Source: Vicugna vicugna
Taxonomy: Eukaryota
Length of the DNA stretch: 64,000 nt
Assembly (NCBI GenBank): GCA_013265495.1
Contig: MU058423.1
Coordinates: forward strand, 323,061 to 387,060
Direction: 5' to 3'
In this document: piece by piece, positions 1 to 12,812 of the stretch
How positions within the stretch are numbered: the first letter of the stretch is position 1
How the letters are laid out: every line of letters begins with the position of its first letter
Made by a program: the position numbers and the translations under genes
The notes under the pieces: model-generated
Seen by the model: the letters and a program-made list of their open reading frames with translations, nothing else
What the model was told of the DNA's origin: nothing
Database searches by the model: none

Positions 1-427
1 AAGTCAGTTAGTTATTTTATGAGTATTGAAATCCCTTCCATTCAGAAATGTAAATAAAATAACCAGCATGAGCAATCAGCTTATGTCAGATTCCATGGGT
101 TTATGTTACATAGGGAAATTATAGTGCAACCTGAAACATGCTTCTTAATGAATTCATAGTGGTGTCACAGTTGAATGTAAAACCCTTGAGCTTTTCTATT
201 GTGAAGGGTTTCAGAAATCACCTTTTATAAACTGCCCTAGGGGAGGAGGAAAAAACTAAGATGATACCAATAAATGCTATCACTGTTAAGTGGCTGCCTC
301 CCTTCCAGCACCAAACTGTGCCAGTTAAGTAAAGCAGAAACTTAGGATACTGCTCACCTTTTGACTTATTCAGTGTTCATAAATATAATTTATACATATA
401 CATGTATGTATATAAATATATATATAA

Positions 428-449
428 ACACACACACACACACACACAC
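428..449. repeat. (AC)11 microsatellite preceded by an AT-rich alternating tract
   Basis: Direct reading: acacacacacacacacacacac. Confidence 0.95.
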
Positions 450-3145
450 TTCAATGTTCTGTTTTTGAAAGCAGGACCAGGGAACTGTCGTAGAAGAACA
501 GGGTTGCCTTTGTGGTTTTTGTCCTCAGAGGTTAGGGAAGTTCAGTTAGGAAGCATGACAGAAGCTCGATAAATAGCTCTGTTTTTACCTTCAACAAATG
601 CAAGAAGCCAGAGACCTAATTCAAAGTTACGAAATCAGAATTTGTATCTTGTCTTTGGCTGTTCCTCTAGCAGCCTGTAGTACACAAGAACTGTCCTCTT
701 GCTTATCAGTGAACTGATTTCCCAGTCCCCAAAGCTATTTTGTAGTTCTCTTCCCATTCACTGTGGCCTCAGCTATAATGAATGTGCTAGCCTTGAAAGT
801 CCAATGTGCCAGATGGTATATAGGAGACCAGTCAAGTTGTAAGCTTGCAAGTCAGGGAAAGAAACATGTATTTCCTATTTTAAAGAATTACTCGTTTACA
901 TTCTAATTTCTTAAGAGTTGGCTTGATTTATGCCAGGTTCTGGGCCAATAGGCCTACATTAATGTATCACAGTTCTGGATGGGATATTTGATGTCTCTTA
1001 TTTAGCCCAGAATCTCAAGTGATAGGGACCTATAGTTGATACTTAGCACTCTGTGAGCTTTACATGTAGCTCTCTTCCGATTCCTGTATCTGTAACAAAT
1101 GGAATCATCCTTGTGTTTTCCCATAGGTGCCCTGGTGTTTACTGACATAGATCAAGATGCTGTGTGGCTCTGTAGGGGACTCTGAGCCATCTGACAGTCT
1201 GGGCACATGCAGTCACCTCACATTATTTAAGCCCTGATCTCAGCATTCTAATTTCTCTGTATTCCCCAGTGTATATAATATGTACTTGCTTGAAATTCCT
1301 AATATATTGCTTGCACGTTCTTGCTTTTAAGTTTCAGCATAAACCAGTCCCTTCTATTTAGAATGCCTTCTTCTGATTGCCCTCAACCAGGACATACCTT
1401 ATCTTTTCAAAATCCAGCTCAAAAGCCACCTCCTATAGAAAGCCTAATTAATCTCATTCACCAGATTCCTTTTATTCTGAGACGTCTGTTTGTCAGTCTG
1501 TTACCTAGACTGTTTTGTTTCTTTGTAACTGTTGCTTCTCTACAGTCACCCAACAAGCATAATGATTCAAGGAAGGATGATCCTCCTCCATCCCCCATCT
1601 TTGTGTATTATACACAAACATTTTGAAGGCTATTGACAACCTTTTCAATTTCCCCTGAGCTCTAGTCCACCTTCCATACTCTCCCTGTATTCACAGTTAC
1701 ATTCCTGGAGAAACAGGGCATGTGTTCAGGGTTTGGCCTCCAGCTCAGCATGTGCATGGCAGCCTGCTGAGTAGGTCCCTACAATTGGGAAGGATTTAAC
1801 CCTTTGGTTTGACAATCTGCATTCTACTTAGACACCTTCCAGAAGTAGATGTGAGACCAGAAGTAGGGAAATTTCCCCTGAAAGCCAAGTTAGCGTTTTC
1901 CTTCCTTTTTATACAAGACCTCTGAAGCTGCTGTCGTCAGCAGCTCATTCGACACTCTCCTGCTCTGCCTCTTTTCCAGGAGTCAGGGTTAGTTTAAGAA
2001 AAAGCCTCTTGCTAGAAGCCATGACCTCGTACTTTTATCCCCTCCATCTGGTGTGCGGCCTCATGGGGCTGTGCTGCTATGCAGGAGGTGAGCAATGGAA
2101 TTCTTTAGATGATGACTTCTGAGCCCACATGCGGAGGCAGTGGGGGTGGGAAGCAGGGAGAACAGTGAGCGCCAAGATCGATGGACCAAAAAGTCAGGTT
2201 TGCTCTGGGAGAAAGCCTGAATTTAGGTAGACTGTTTTCATGACGTGTTCGTCTCCTAGCCCAAGTGGGGGCCCAGGACCGGGAGCTGTAGCATCCTAGA
2301 TCTATGATTGATGAACATTGTGTTTCCGCAGTTTTCCCTTCAGCCTTCACAGTTGGGGTGCAGGAGAGTGATAGGTAGGGTATGTGAGGGCTTATGCTGT
2401 CTCTAATGGAATGCATTCCAAGGTTGAACAGGGAAGGGTTCCCCTTGCACACAGCATCTGTTGGAGCTGCTTTGTCTCACTGTCTCGGACCTAAACAGAA
2501 GTCCGAATTTTGAATGAGGGTGGGGAGGGGTTGACAGCAGCAAAAGTTTTTGATCAAGTGAAAATCTGTTGTCTGCCTCATCTTGCAGGGGTTTCTCTGC
2601 AGGGTAGATACTCCTTGCCTTGGTGTAGATAAATTGCTTGTCTCGGCTAAAGGTCCCAGGACCCTTGCTAGGCTGAGTAGGCATCTCGCCTGGGACAGGA
2701 CGGTTTTTTAGCACTCTCTTTCCCTGTTCTTATTTTCCTAGCCCAGGGGTTGACAGCATTTTTTAAAAGATTGAAGTCTCAAAGGAAATTCTAATACATA
2801 CTTTAAAGGCCCAAAGCCTTAATAACTTCCTCTCGTGACTTCTCATGACTACTTCTACTCTGTCTACGTGTTTAGCATCACTTTAAAGGGACTAGATAAA
2901 ACTGAAACAAAATTTTAAGTGTTAATCTGAAAAAAGAAAAAAGGAACAGAAAGAATTAGGAGCCAGAGCTGATTAAACATGGACTATTTAGTATAGTGAT
3001 CATTTCCTGGAGGTGGTGGTGGTGGCAGAAATGGCATAAAGGGGATTCACTGGTGAGGTTAAAAGGCAGGCCTAAGCTGTTCCTTATGTAAATTCTGCTC
3101 ATACATACTCTTCTAGGATATTTTGTATCAATATCTGTTCTAAAG

Positions 3146-3193
3146 GTGCTGGGGTGCTGGGTGCCTCCATCCCTAGGCATCCGTAGTCTTTGA
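3146..3193 (+). CDS. ST7L: Probable terminal coding exon of ST7L; reads VLGCWVPPSLGIRSL* if entered in phase 0
   Basis: Acceptor ...tctgttctaaag|GTG at 3144-3145. The sequence resembles the human ST7L C-terminus as I recall it (VLGLWCPQPWASSGFEENTQDLKSEDLGLSSG*); FEENTQDLKS appears here in the +1 frame at 3189-3218. Position and orientation (convergent, ~5 kb past the WNT2B stop) fit known synteny. Upstream exons are outside the window. Confidence 0.6.
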   Translation: MLGCWVPPSLGIRSL

Positions 3194-3194
3194 G

Positions 3195-3395
3195 GAGAAC
3201 ACACAGGATTTGAAGTCCAAAGCCCTCAGTTTAAGTTCTAGCTGAGCCACTCAATATTTACAGGACTTTGGACAAGTCACAGAACCTCTCTGAACCAGTA
3301 CAGTGAGTGTAACTCCGACCTCACAGGGTTGGCGAGACAGTTACGTATAAGTAAAGTGTTTATACATAAAAACCTTTTTACAAACATCACAGTTA
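3195..3395 (+). mobile_element. MIR SINE overlapping the ST7L terminal exon
   Basis: MIR-like core: tttaagttctagctgagccact...ggactttggacaagtcacagaacctctctg...acctcacagggttgg...gtaaagtg. Confidence 0.7.
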
Positions 3396-5648
3396 TTCTT
3401 GGGGAAGCCCCCCCCTTAAAGTTGTCAGATAGAATAGCTGTGGATTAAACTGTCTTCCTTTTTTATTCATTCAGCTTAGCTTTTCTATTTGTTCAAGTGT
3501 GCTTACAGGGGCTGGTGGTGCTGAAGTCAAGTCACCAGATTTCAGCTTCTTTTGGCCAAAGAGAACTCCCATGCCGAGCTGCTTCAGCCAGAGACTCATA
3601 GACAGAATGGAAGTGAGCAAAGGCAGATTTTAAGCCAGAATTGTTCAGAGTTAGGGGGCCAAGGGGAGAATGCTTACCTTGCTTTCTCAAATCCAGGATG
3701 ACTAAAACACCTTAAGTAAATGAAGAATAACCACAGAGATGCTCAGAGATCATTTAAGCCATGAGTGGTAAGTGGAAAAATACGCCTATAGAACCCCCTC
3801 TTCTATCCCTTTGACCTTTTCGGTCAGGGACAGGCGTATCACTGACACCCCGCTGGCTATTGCCTGAAACCTGCCAGTCCCCCAAAAAGAATGACAGCTT
3901 CTGGGAAAGCTCAGCCTAATGCAGCAACTGTGACATATTTACCCTAGTAAACCACTGCTTGCTCCTCTCCAGTGCCTGTCTCTTGTGGAAATCATCTCTG
4001 GAACCCAAAGCTATCCTGTTTTCTAACCTAGTAAGAGTTAAAAACAGCAACAGGTTATGAGCAGCAGGCTTGGCAATCATACCTCGCGCAGCCATAAGAG
4101 ACTGCCCCATCATCCACAGCACATGCAGCACCAATTGCACTCTCTCCGACGTGATCCAGCCAGAAGTTCTGCAGTGTCAGCCACTTTGCTTGGGTGGGAA
4201 CTGTGCACTAGTGATCTCTTCTCCCCATGCTCTTTCCGCATCCTTCTCCTGCCACCTCCCAGAGGAGTACCTGTCCCCAAACCAAACAGCTGCCTGCATG
4301 TTGATAATTTTAAAATATTCCTTGGTTATAACTGAACTCTGTCATTGGTTTGATTTTTGAAGGGTTTGATTGAAATCAGGTTGGTTTGTTTTTTTATTGT
4401 TGGGTAGAGGGGAGATGACTAGAACTCTTATGCAGCGTGAGAGAAGCTATGTGTATGTCCATGTATGTGCAGATGTGTGTGTGTATCCTCGCAGTTGTGT
4501 GCAAACTGACAGGGAGGGCAAAGAGTGAAACGGAAGCATCTATTTCTTGTTTTCCAACAATCCTTCAAAGATGCCCAACCCCCATAGTAGCAGGCAGTTC
4601 CCAAGTGGAGGGTGGGGGCAGAGGCCTCCACCAAGGCCATCAATAACCAGGTGTGAGCTACAGGTCTCTGTGTAATGTGAAGCTCTCCCGTATTTCATTT
4701 CTGCACCCAGGGGGCGGCTCTGCAGGATTGCTTACGGAGAGCTCTGTGTCTGGCACCTCTCTCCACAAGGCCCAGGCGCCCAGGGTCCCACCGACCTGCC
4801 CAGGAATGCATTACATTGTTCTCTGGTGCTGTAATTTGGCTGCAGGAGCTAGGCTGACGGCCTCCCAGGGAAGAGAAACATACTCTCCCTGGCGTCCTCC
4901 CTTGGGCTTCTGCCCTATGACCACAGAGGACATTTAAATAAAACCTCAGAAAGACTGAGGGAAAAAAATCCTTATTATCTGTCTTATATTAAGCCATGTA
5001 GAAACCAATGTCCTGAGTGGGTCTGAGAATTTGGCAAAGGACTTAGTGGTTGGTGGTCTTGCTAAGGGAGGTGAGAGAAAGGAGAAGAAATTACTCTCTG
5101 TAACAGGGAGGAAGAGAAATGAGGCAGTGAGTGGTCACGAGTCAGACCTACAAGACTTTTAACAGACCCTTAGGGCCAGGCAATGTTTGATCCTTTTAAA
5201 TAATCTGAAGTCCCTGATTTCACTTTTCCAGCATCATTGTAAGGAAGAGTATGAATTCATGTCATTATTCAAGGCTAGCAATAATACAAGCTGGCCCTTA
5301 TCTGCAGGGCTCTGTTAAGGCTGGCATTCTTGCTTTTACATAAAAGAAATTGGCTATAGGCCATGCAGCTGAGGTACTTAAGTCATGTGCCTTCTCTGAA
5401 AGATTCTAAGATCCTTAAAGGATAATGTCTTTCAGGTTAACCTGGTATCCAAACAGCACTTTCTGCAATGCATTATACCTAAATATTCAAAGCTAAAAGA
5501 AATGAAGACCAACAGGAAGGAGAGGAGGCAGGCGAAGAGACTGCTGATCCCAGGGACTGAGCTCTATTGAATTGAGGAGATGGGAGCGGGAGAGACCAGG
5601 GACAGTGAGTGAGTAGCAGCAGAAGTAAGTGGGGCCTTGACTGCACCA

Positions 5649-5654
5649 AATAAA
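5649..5654 (+). terminator. Candidate ST7L polyadenylation signal
   Basis: AATAAA followed by a GT/T-rich downstream tract (gtattgttgcttc...tttctgtttgt). A second AATAAA lies at 4937-4942. Confidence 0.45.
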
Positions 5655-6889
5655 GTTCTCGTATTGTTGCTTCTTCCAAAGGAATTAGTTTCTGTTTGTA
5701 TAATGTAGAATGGACGTCAGTTGTTTAAACCCAATCAGAATGCAGAGGCAAGCTAAGGAAGAAGAGGAAAAATTAATTGCTTGGCCGTCGCTCCTTTTTG
5801 GAGCCACATAGCCTCTATAGCGGGGCTTACATAGACCTCTTTTCTCTCACTATCCACCTCACTTTTCAGATCTCTCACTCTGGATAGCTTGCTCTTCTCT
5901 TTACCATTTACAGGAAATTGTAAAACTTGGGCCTTTATGAACTAGAATTTGGAGCCCAGGGAAAAACACAGAGCAGTATGAGATGCCAGCAGAGGCCCAC
6001 TTCCTTCCACAGGGTAAGAACCAACAGAGAATAAGATACTAGAACACAGGTGGATTTAGCTCAGGTTGATTTGCAATGGCAGGCCTAGGCTGTCATTTAT
6101 GTGCTAACCTGGATGTTCTTGTGAGAGCTGGAGCTAACTGGCACCTGAGGCTCCTCCCAATGGCCCAGCGTACAAGACAGCACCCTCTTGTAATTCTTTC
6201 AACCCGATTCTTGAGTTTAGACTGACTATGACCCCCTTACCTTCCCACTACCCTAGAGCTTTCCTCCTCTTAATCCCAGCTCAAGATGTCAGAAACTCTT
6301 CTTTTCCCCTCCCATTTCCCCCTCCCTAACCCCACCATTGGCTCATCAGTTATCCAGTTGACTCCACTCTGCAAGGAAGACATTCCCCTGGCCTGACTCA
6401 CTCAGTCCCGTTTCTCCACAGGAATCCCCTCACCGCAGACCACAAGGGCCCTGACTAGCTCATGTTTTGTGTTAATGGATGTGAAACCGGAGCAAACCCC
6501 CTCACCAAGAGAAAAACCACCCTAAACTCTCCCACACAGGTCTCAGCAGGTTACACAAATATTAGTCCTATCATCCAAATAAATCTGCCCCCATGGCCCA
6601 GAGCTATGGCTCCCCCATCCTCTTGCTGCCTGTGTGGAGTAAAGCTGCTCCACAAACATGGGAGGACCCCAAGGGGTGCTGGAGAGGAATTCGGGAAAGG
6701 AGGGGCCTGCATTCAGAATTTCTTGGTGTAGGTGCCTTAATCCACAGCCTGCTGTCAATACTCGGTAGTCCCGAATTGAAGATTCTGAGAAAAGTAATGG
6801 TGAGCTAAACCAGGGGGGGGCTTCAGTAAGAGGGTCTGTTACCTGGAGTTTGGGGCATAATTAAAACTCAGTGTCTGAGATAAGTTCAT

Positions 6890-7010
6890 GCTCTCATTTT
6901 AGAGACGAGAAGATAGAGGCTCAGAGAAGTTGGGTATCTTGCTCAAAATACCAAACACAGTCAACTGGCACAGCTGAGATTTCAGCCCTGCTCTGTCGTA
7001 ACTGCAGATT
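6890..7010 (-). mobile_element. MIR fragment
   Basis: cattttagagacgagaagatagaggctcagagaagtt...cttgctcaa matches the antisense MIR core. Confidence 0.7.
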
Positions 7011-7491
7011 CTGCTTCTTTAAAATATCAACGGGTAAGAGGTGACCACTGTCCGAGTTACATAAAACTAGGACACCATGGTTTCTGGGACTCTCTGTCCT
7101 ACCCTCTAGCTTACTAAGCCTGCTGTCTCTGGAAACTCCACCATGCAGGCTTCGTTCGGCAGTGGGTAGGAGCACAGGAGGAGCGCCCCTGTTTAAGCAA
7201 AACATGGGGTGAAGGATAATAATCACCAGGGCTTGAAGAGTCACTAAATAAAGACTTTTTGAGTAAATGGGGAAAGGCTGCTTTCTAAGCTATTTACCAC
7301 TTTGGCCCCAAGCCCCAGCTCTCCTTCCCTCCATAACCACTGGCTCCCGCTCCCAGCTTCAAAGCCTAGGATCCTCTCCTAAGAGTTGCCAAAGCCAGAG
7401 ACCTCTACCTGCCTAGTATACGCTGATGCCTTATGCGGGCCCTTGCGATCAGGCTTGTTACCCTCTCCCGCCTTCCATGAGTCACATACCT

Positions 7492-7497
7492 TTTATT
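7492..7497 (-). terminator. Candidate proximal WNT2B polyadenylation signal
   Basis: tttatt on + (AATAAA on -), ~870 nt past the WNT2B stop. It is the first such hexamer I found after the stop. Confidence 0.5.
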
Positions 7498-7660
7498 TAG
7501 TGTTTTTCAAACCTGGCTGACCACCAGAATAATGCATGAGAAGCTTTAAAAAGTAAAAAGCCCAAGGCCTAGGTAGACCTACTAAATTACCCTTTCTTAG
7601 GAGTGTTCCAGGGTATGCTAATGATGCACTAGGCATGGCCTGACACTGCATGCCACTCAG
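7498..7660. mobile_element. MER5-like hAT-Charlie DNA transposon remnant
   Basis: Begins tagtgtttttcaaacctggctg...cagaat..., similar to the MER5 terminus; degraded. Confidence 0.5.
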
Positions 7661-8367
7661 TTTGAACAGGCAGAAAGTGAGCAAAAGAGGCAGTGCTGGC
7701 TGATACAGGTTGAAAAGGATAGATTGGTAGAGAATGTATGTTTGTATAGTTATGTAATTTTTTTTCTCCTACAAAGCACAGCAGTTTATAAACATATGAG
7801 CATGTGAATGGAACCTTGTCAACTATGGCTAACTCTTATCTAGCAATCCAGGCTCTTGATAATGAAAGAATGTTGTAGCTGAAGAGTTCCTTTTAGGGTA
7901 CCAGGCAGTCTGCTCAAACTGACCCAGGGAAGAGATACGTAGTTTCATCTCTGTCCCATTTACCCTCAGCCAGGTAGGAAAAAAAGAAGTTCTCCCCAGG
8001 TACCCTTTCTCTTGCACACACAAGAAGTGTCAGGAAGCCAGTGCAAGGGAAAGGAAAACGAGCCTTGACCATGTGCTTCAGTGCCAACTCCTATCACTCT
8101 GAAGTCCCTCTGCCTCTTCCACTCTCCCTTCTAACCTCCAGAGTGGGGAGTCAGGGAGCAGCTCGCTGTTTTACATCCCCTATCAACTCATTCCCAGGGC
8201 TAAGGAACCAGCCAGGACCCGAGAGGCCCTCTGCATTACTCTCCCAAGTCCTTAAATAGAAGCTGTAGCAGCCCAGGGTTGAGGGTGGAGGAAGGTGTGC
8301 ATGCAAAGATCTTGTGCTTTTGAGTCAGGAGGTTTGAAGTGGAGGGATGAGTGAGGTATTTATGTAT

Positions 8368-8597
8368 TCAGGTCTGATCCAGCCACTCTGCCTTCTTGGG
8401 GGCCTTGCAAGTATGGACGTCCACAGTGTTTCTGCACTCCTTGCAGCGCACAGCACAGCACCAGTGGAATTTGCACTCACACTGGGTGACGCGGGTAACT
8501 CGAGTTGTGTCATACCCTCGGCCGCAGCACATGATTTCACAACCATCTGTCCCTTTAGATGTCTTGCTGCAGACACGGCCTGCAGTGCCTAGGGAAC
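8368..8597 (-). CDS. WNT2B: WNT2B exon 5 (last coding exon): [76 protein letters not shown]
   Basis: Translated by hand (this frame is not in the ORF track). It is the cysteine-rich Wnt C-terminus (CCGRG, CKFHWCC), with AG acceptor at 8599-8598 and TGA at 8370-8368; phase matches exon 4. Confidence 0.98.
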
Positions 8598-9059
8598 CTG
8601 GGTCAGGGAAGAGAGAGAGTGAGAACCAAGTTACCTCTTAGTCCAGCCGCTCTGGTTCCCTTACCCACATCCTCATGAGGAAACCATAAAGAATCCCTTT
8701 TCCTGAAAATATACCCACTAGCCAAAATGATCATCTCCTCACTGCCCTCTGCACCAGGCTTGTTTCTTACCACCAGCAAGGCTCCCCAAAGACCACTGAC
8801 TCTTCCTGCAGTGCCTTCCCTGCCAATATACATCTTCATAGCCCCATTCAAAGCCTAGCCTTAAATACCGTAATTGTTCAGACTGGGTGAGGGCTCCCTA
8901 TTTTATGTGTGAAATTTTCCATAATAAAAAAAAATTTTTAAAACAGCCTATAATTTCCTCTTTCTAAGAGGTTTTGCTACAACTCTAATCCAGCTACCAT
9001 TTGTGAGTATTTTGGTCCTTAGTTTATATTTCATTAAGTTGTACTAAACAGGGAAGTCA

Positions 9060-9230
9060 TATTGCATGACCATTAAAAGCATGAGCCTGATGTCAGATTG
9101 TTTAGGTTTAAAATCCAGGTCTTCACTTCTTAGCTGTGTGATCTAGCAAGTTAATCTCTCTGGGCTTTCGTTTTCTCCCAAGAAAAGAGGCATAATAGTA
9201 GCACCTACCCAGCAGATTGTTATGTCTATA
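9060..9230 (+). mobile_element. MIR SINE
   Basis: ggtttaaaatccaggtcttcacttcttagctgtgtgatctagcaagttaatctctctgggctttcgttttctc...ataatagtagcacctacc. Confidence 0.8.
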
Positions 9231-9550
9231 ATCTCTGTTCAACTGAGGAGGGGAACTGATTAGCATTACTGGCAGGAGGCATATCTCTAAGGAATTGCTA
9301 AAGAATATCCCTTGCCTTACCTCATGGTAGGAACTCTTGAAGGGTAGAGACGGTGTCATCCCTCTGCACAGAGATTACTCACAACCTCATTCTGACTGAT
9401 TTATGCAAAAGAGATACTGCCAACAGATGACAAAATCATAGAATTTTGGATGGGATGGATCCTAGAGAATATCTACTTCAACCCTGTCCCAGAGAGAAAG
9501 TGACTAGCCTGGGGGCTCAAGAGGGGAAATAAATTAACTGATTTCTATAG

Positions 9551-9783
9551 CAGTAGTCTCCCCATGTGCCACTGGACGTGGACGGAACATGCTAGTACTT
9601 CTGCATTTGTTTTTTATCCCATCAATTTAAAATATCTATTTTGTATGTATGCTTTATAATGCACACATCAGTATAGTGGGACATAGATACAATTCGTAAG
9701 TAAATATACATTTTTTGGAGGTATGTGCGCAAATTGTTTTTTAATGATAGGAGTATACAAGCCAAAATGTTAGGAGACCACTG
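9551..9783. mobile_element. Non-autonomous hAT-Charlie (MER-type) element with TIRs and degenerate 8-bp TSD
   Basis: TIRs cagtagtctcc / ggagaccactg. Flanks ttctatag (9543-9550) and ctctagag (9784-9791) resemble the NTCTAGAN Charlie target. Confidence 0.75.
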
Positions 9784-9892
9784 CTCTAGAGAGTGGGCTG
9801 ACGAGGTCTACTACATATGTTACTCTCTTACCTTCAAGGGCTGGGTCTTAAGTCATGTCTCTTGTGCACCAAAAGCCTCTTCTGCATTCTGG

Positions 9893-10104
9893 AGCTGAGC
9901 TGTCCAATGTAGCAGCCACTAGCCAAATGTAGTCATTTAGATTTAAGTTAATTAAAATTAAATAAATGTTAATACTTAGCTCCTCAGTTATACTATCTAT
10001 ATTTCAAGTGCTCAGTAATCACACGTGACTAGGTGGCTACTGTACTGGAGAGCACAAAGGGAGAACACTTCTATCATCGTAGAAAGTTCAGTGGGACAGC
10101 ACTG
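9893..10104. mobile_element. MER3/MER33-like hAT-Charlie element
   Basis: gctgtccaat...cagccactagcc...aattaaaattaaataaa...atttcaagtgctc...gtggctactgtactgga...ggacagcactg. Confidence 0.75.
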
Positions 10105-11579
10105 CTTTTTTGGAGTACTGGCTCCACACTCCCTTCTGGGATGACTCGTACCCTTTGAATTCCAGGCCCCACTTTGGGTTTTATGAGATCTAATTTTATG
10201 CCTCTTGAGAAAAACCAACACACATATGACTCATGCTCCGTCCTAACTCCAAAGATCCTTCCCCAAAGGTGCATTTTAGGATGATAGCATAGGCTTGAAT
10301 AGCACAGCCTCGGATGTTGTGGAATTATTTCTAGGCACTTAGAGAGTAGCCCTCTGAATTACACCACGTGGGAAGAAAACAAACTGAGTGGCAGGAAATC
10401 ACTAAGAGAATCAGAAGTGCTTTCTCAACCTTTTTTCTCCTAGCACCCTTCAAAGTACACAAACTACTTTCTCTGTTACTTGGGTGGAGTCCCACCCTGT
10501 GTCTGTGCCCAGTTTTGCTCCAAGCCAGTTGCCTCTCCAGGAAAGACAGTGATGCATGAAAGCAAATAGTATGAAGGACAGCCGAGATTTCTGACTTCCC
10601 CTTACCCAAGTCCAGACTGCTAAGTCTGCAGAAAAGAGCCTGAGAGCCCATGACAGTAACCAGGGGAAGAGCAGTTCTGTTGTGTCACAGGGTGTTCCTA
10701 GTTTAACATTTCTGAGCCTGAAACATGAGCCAGGATAGTAACTTCCACTCTTTTGGTGGGATACCATATCACCTTCCAGCATTCTCAAGAATTCAACCAC
10801 AGATATCTGAACAGATTAAAAAATGATTTGCTGCTTTCTGCCAGGGGTTAGCCTTTGGTAGAGATCTCTTCCTTGCTTCCCCAACCCCATTTTAGAATCA
10901 TCAGTAGCAGCACACTGGCTAACCCCTTCCAAGGTCATCCATGGTCTATTTCCAACCTGTCTGTCTACGTTTAATCTCCCTTACCCAAAACGTTCATTCA
11001 GTCAGCAATATTCAGCTCTCCATTCCTGGAACAGATCATGTGCTCTCCCACCTACCGCTCAACTCACGTGCAGAGGATACCCGCCTGTTCTCTCTGGCTA
11101 CCCACATAATCCCCACACTTTGAGAAACAAATGTCACATTTTCCAATAAACTTTTCTTGATTTCTGTCTTTTGCAGTTGCATTTGTCTGCCTGTTATATC
11201 TCATTTCTTTAGCTAGACTGTGAAAAGCCAAAACATAGACTCCATCTTACGCTTCTGCGTAGCCCATACATTGCTTGGTACTGAAAATGGGTGATTCATT
11301 TAAACATTCACTGAGTAGCTCGTACTGTACCCTAGATGCTGGGGATATAAAGGAGTGGTGTCACCTCAGGCCGCATGGTGCTGAGTCTAGCCTCCTCTGT
11401 GGGCAGATTTGGGCCTGGCAGACTGGGCATAAATCAACAATCTGACAAGGTTTAAATGTCTGACTGATTCCTCCAGTGGCTCCTCTTTCCCAACTCCTGA
11501 GGTGTAACAGACCACAATTAACTGGAGGTGCTGCGCTAAGAACTGGGGCTTCACGTTCCTACCTGCTTTCCTTACTCAC

Positions 11580-11844
11580 CTGCAGCCTTGTCCAAAACAC
11601 AGTAGTCTGGGGAGTTGTCAAAGTAGACAAGGTCAGTCCGGGTGGCACGGCGATAGCCTTGGCGGGCTGCTGTGAAGTTGACACCATCCTGGGTGGCCGT
11701 CACCTGCACGGCCCCGTCATAGCGTCGCCGCAGGTAATCACCTGTGCGGCGGAAGTCTGAGAGAGCACGCCAGCAGGTGCGCAGAGTACAGGAGCCACTC
11801 ACGCCGTGGCACTTACATTCCAGCTTCAGAAACCGCCGCACAGC
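11580..11844 (-). CDS. WNT2B: WNT2B exon 4 ([25 protein letters not shown]...DYCVLDKAA), containing the Wnt signature and the lipidated Ser motif
   Basis: Wnt signature [10 protein letters not shown]; acceptor tcccag|GCT, donor G|gtgagt; 265 nt. Confidence 0.99.
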
Positions 11845-12534
11845 CTGGGAGGTGGGGAGGCAGGTAAGGGAGAGGCAGCCAGTCAAGGTACTTTATGTCA
11901 TCCCCAGGACTAAAAGCATGAGTGCGCTGAGGTCTGCTGCTCCTGGCCCTGGCTGGCCAGTGGAGCCACTGGTTGGTCTCTCCCTAGTCGGATCCCACCC
12001 TTTCTTCCGGCTCAAACTCAAGAACCTCTTCTCCCAAGAAACCTTCCTGGACCAACAGTGCTTTCCTTTTCACCAAAGCCCACTTTAACTTTAAAGCCCC
12101 AGGATTCTGTTTCACTGTTACGGTACGCTGGCACGTGCTCTAGTTTTCATGTGATTTAGAGTCAAGGTACCTTGCCTTCCGCTTTTGTTGCATGTTATTG
12201 TCCAGCACAGTACTAAGCATTAGGAGGTACTCAAAGACCAGTGAACTGACTAAACAAGCTCTTAACCACCTCACTCTTTATGGAGGCAGTTCTTTTCCTT
12301 CTTAAGTTATTTCCCTTCTTTTCTCCACCTTTCCCTACTTTCCACCTATGTGAAGACTCTCTATGCACCAGGGTGAACCTAGGCATTCCTAAGGTACCTT
12401 GTATTCTCTGTTCCTGTTCCAGGGGTTGGGGCTTTTGGGGCTTCAGTGCTTCCACCTTCACATTCAGTCCATGATCACACAAACTGGTCACCCCCAGTAA
12501 ATATGAATGTACACGTGCAGACATGAGTACTGAC

Positions 12535-12812
12535 CGTGCGACCACAGCGGTTGTTATGTAAGTTCATGAGAGCCCGGGCATCCTTAAGCCTCTTCTCCTT
12601 GGCATCCACGAAGGCCTTGGCAAAGCGAACACCATAGTGAATGTTGTCACTGCAACCACCCCAGTCAAAGTCCCCACGTTGGTCATGGTGTCGGCCACGG
12701 GTATAGGGGTCACAGCTGCACACACTCAGTTCACCCTGGCTACAGGCCCGAGTGATAGCGTGGACCACTCCTGCTGAAGAGATGGCATATACAAATGCTG
12801 CCTCCCGGCTAC
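12535..12812 (-). CDS. WNT2B: WNT2B exon 3 ([14 protein letters not shown]...WGGCSDN...[11 protein letters not shown])
   Basis: Wnt motifs REAAF, WGGCSD, MNLHNN; acceptor ctccag|GT, donor ACG|gtcagt; 278 nt. Confidence 0.99.

Noticed and set aside
1127..1150. Good-looking acceptor (ttgtgttttcccatag|G) giving VPWCLLT* as an alternative ST7L last exon
   Set aside because: Only a splice-like motif next to a degraded MIR-like fragment; no recognisable homology or other support.
8325..8576. ORF-track peptides over WNT2B exon 5
   Set aside because: Wrong frames or strand; the real exon frame lacks an upstream start and was translated by hand.
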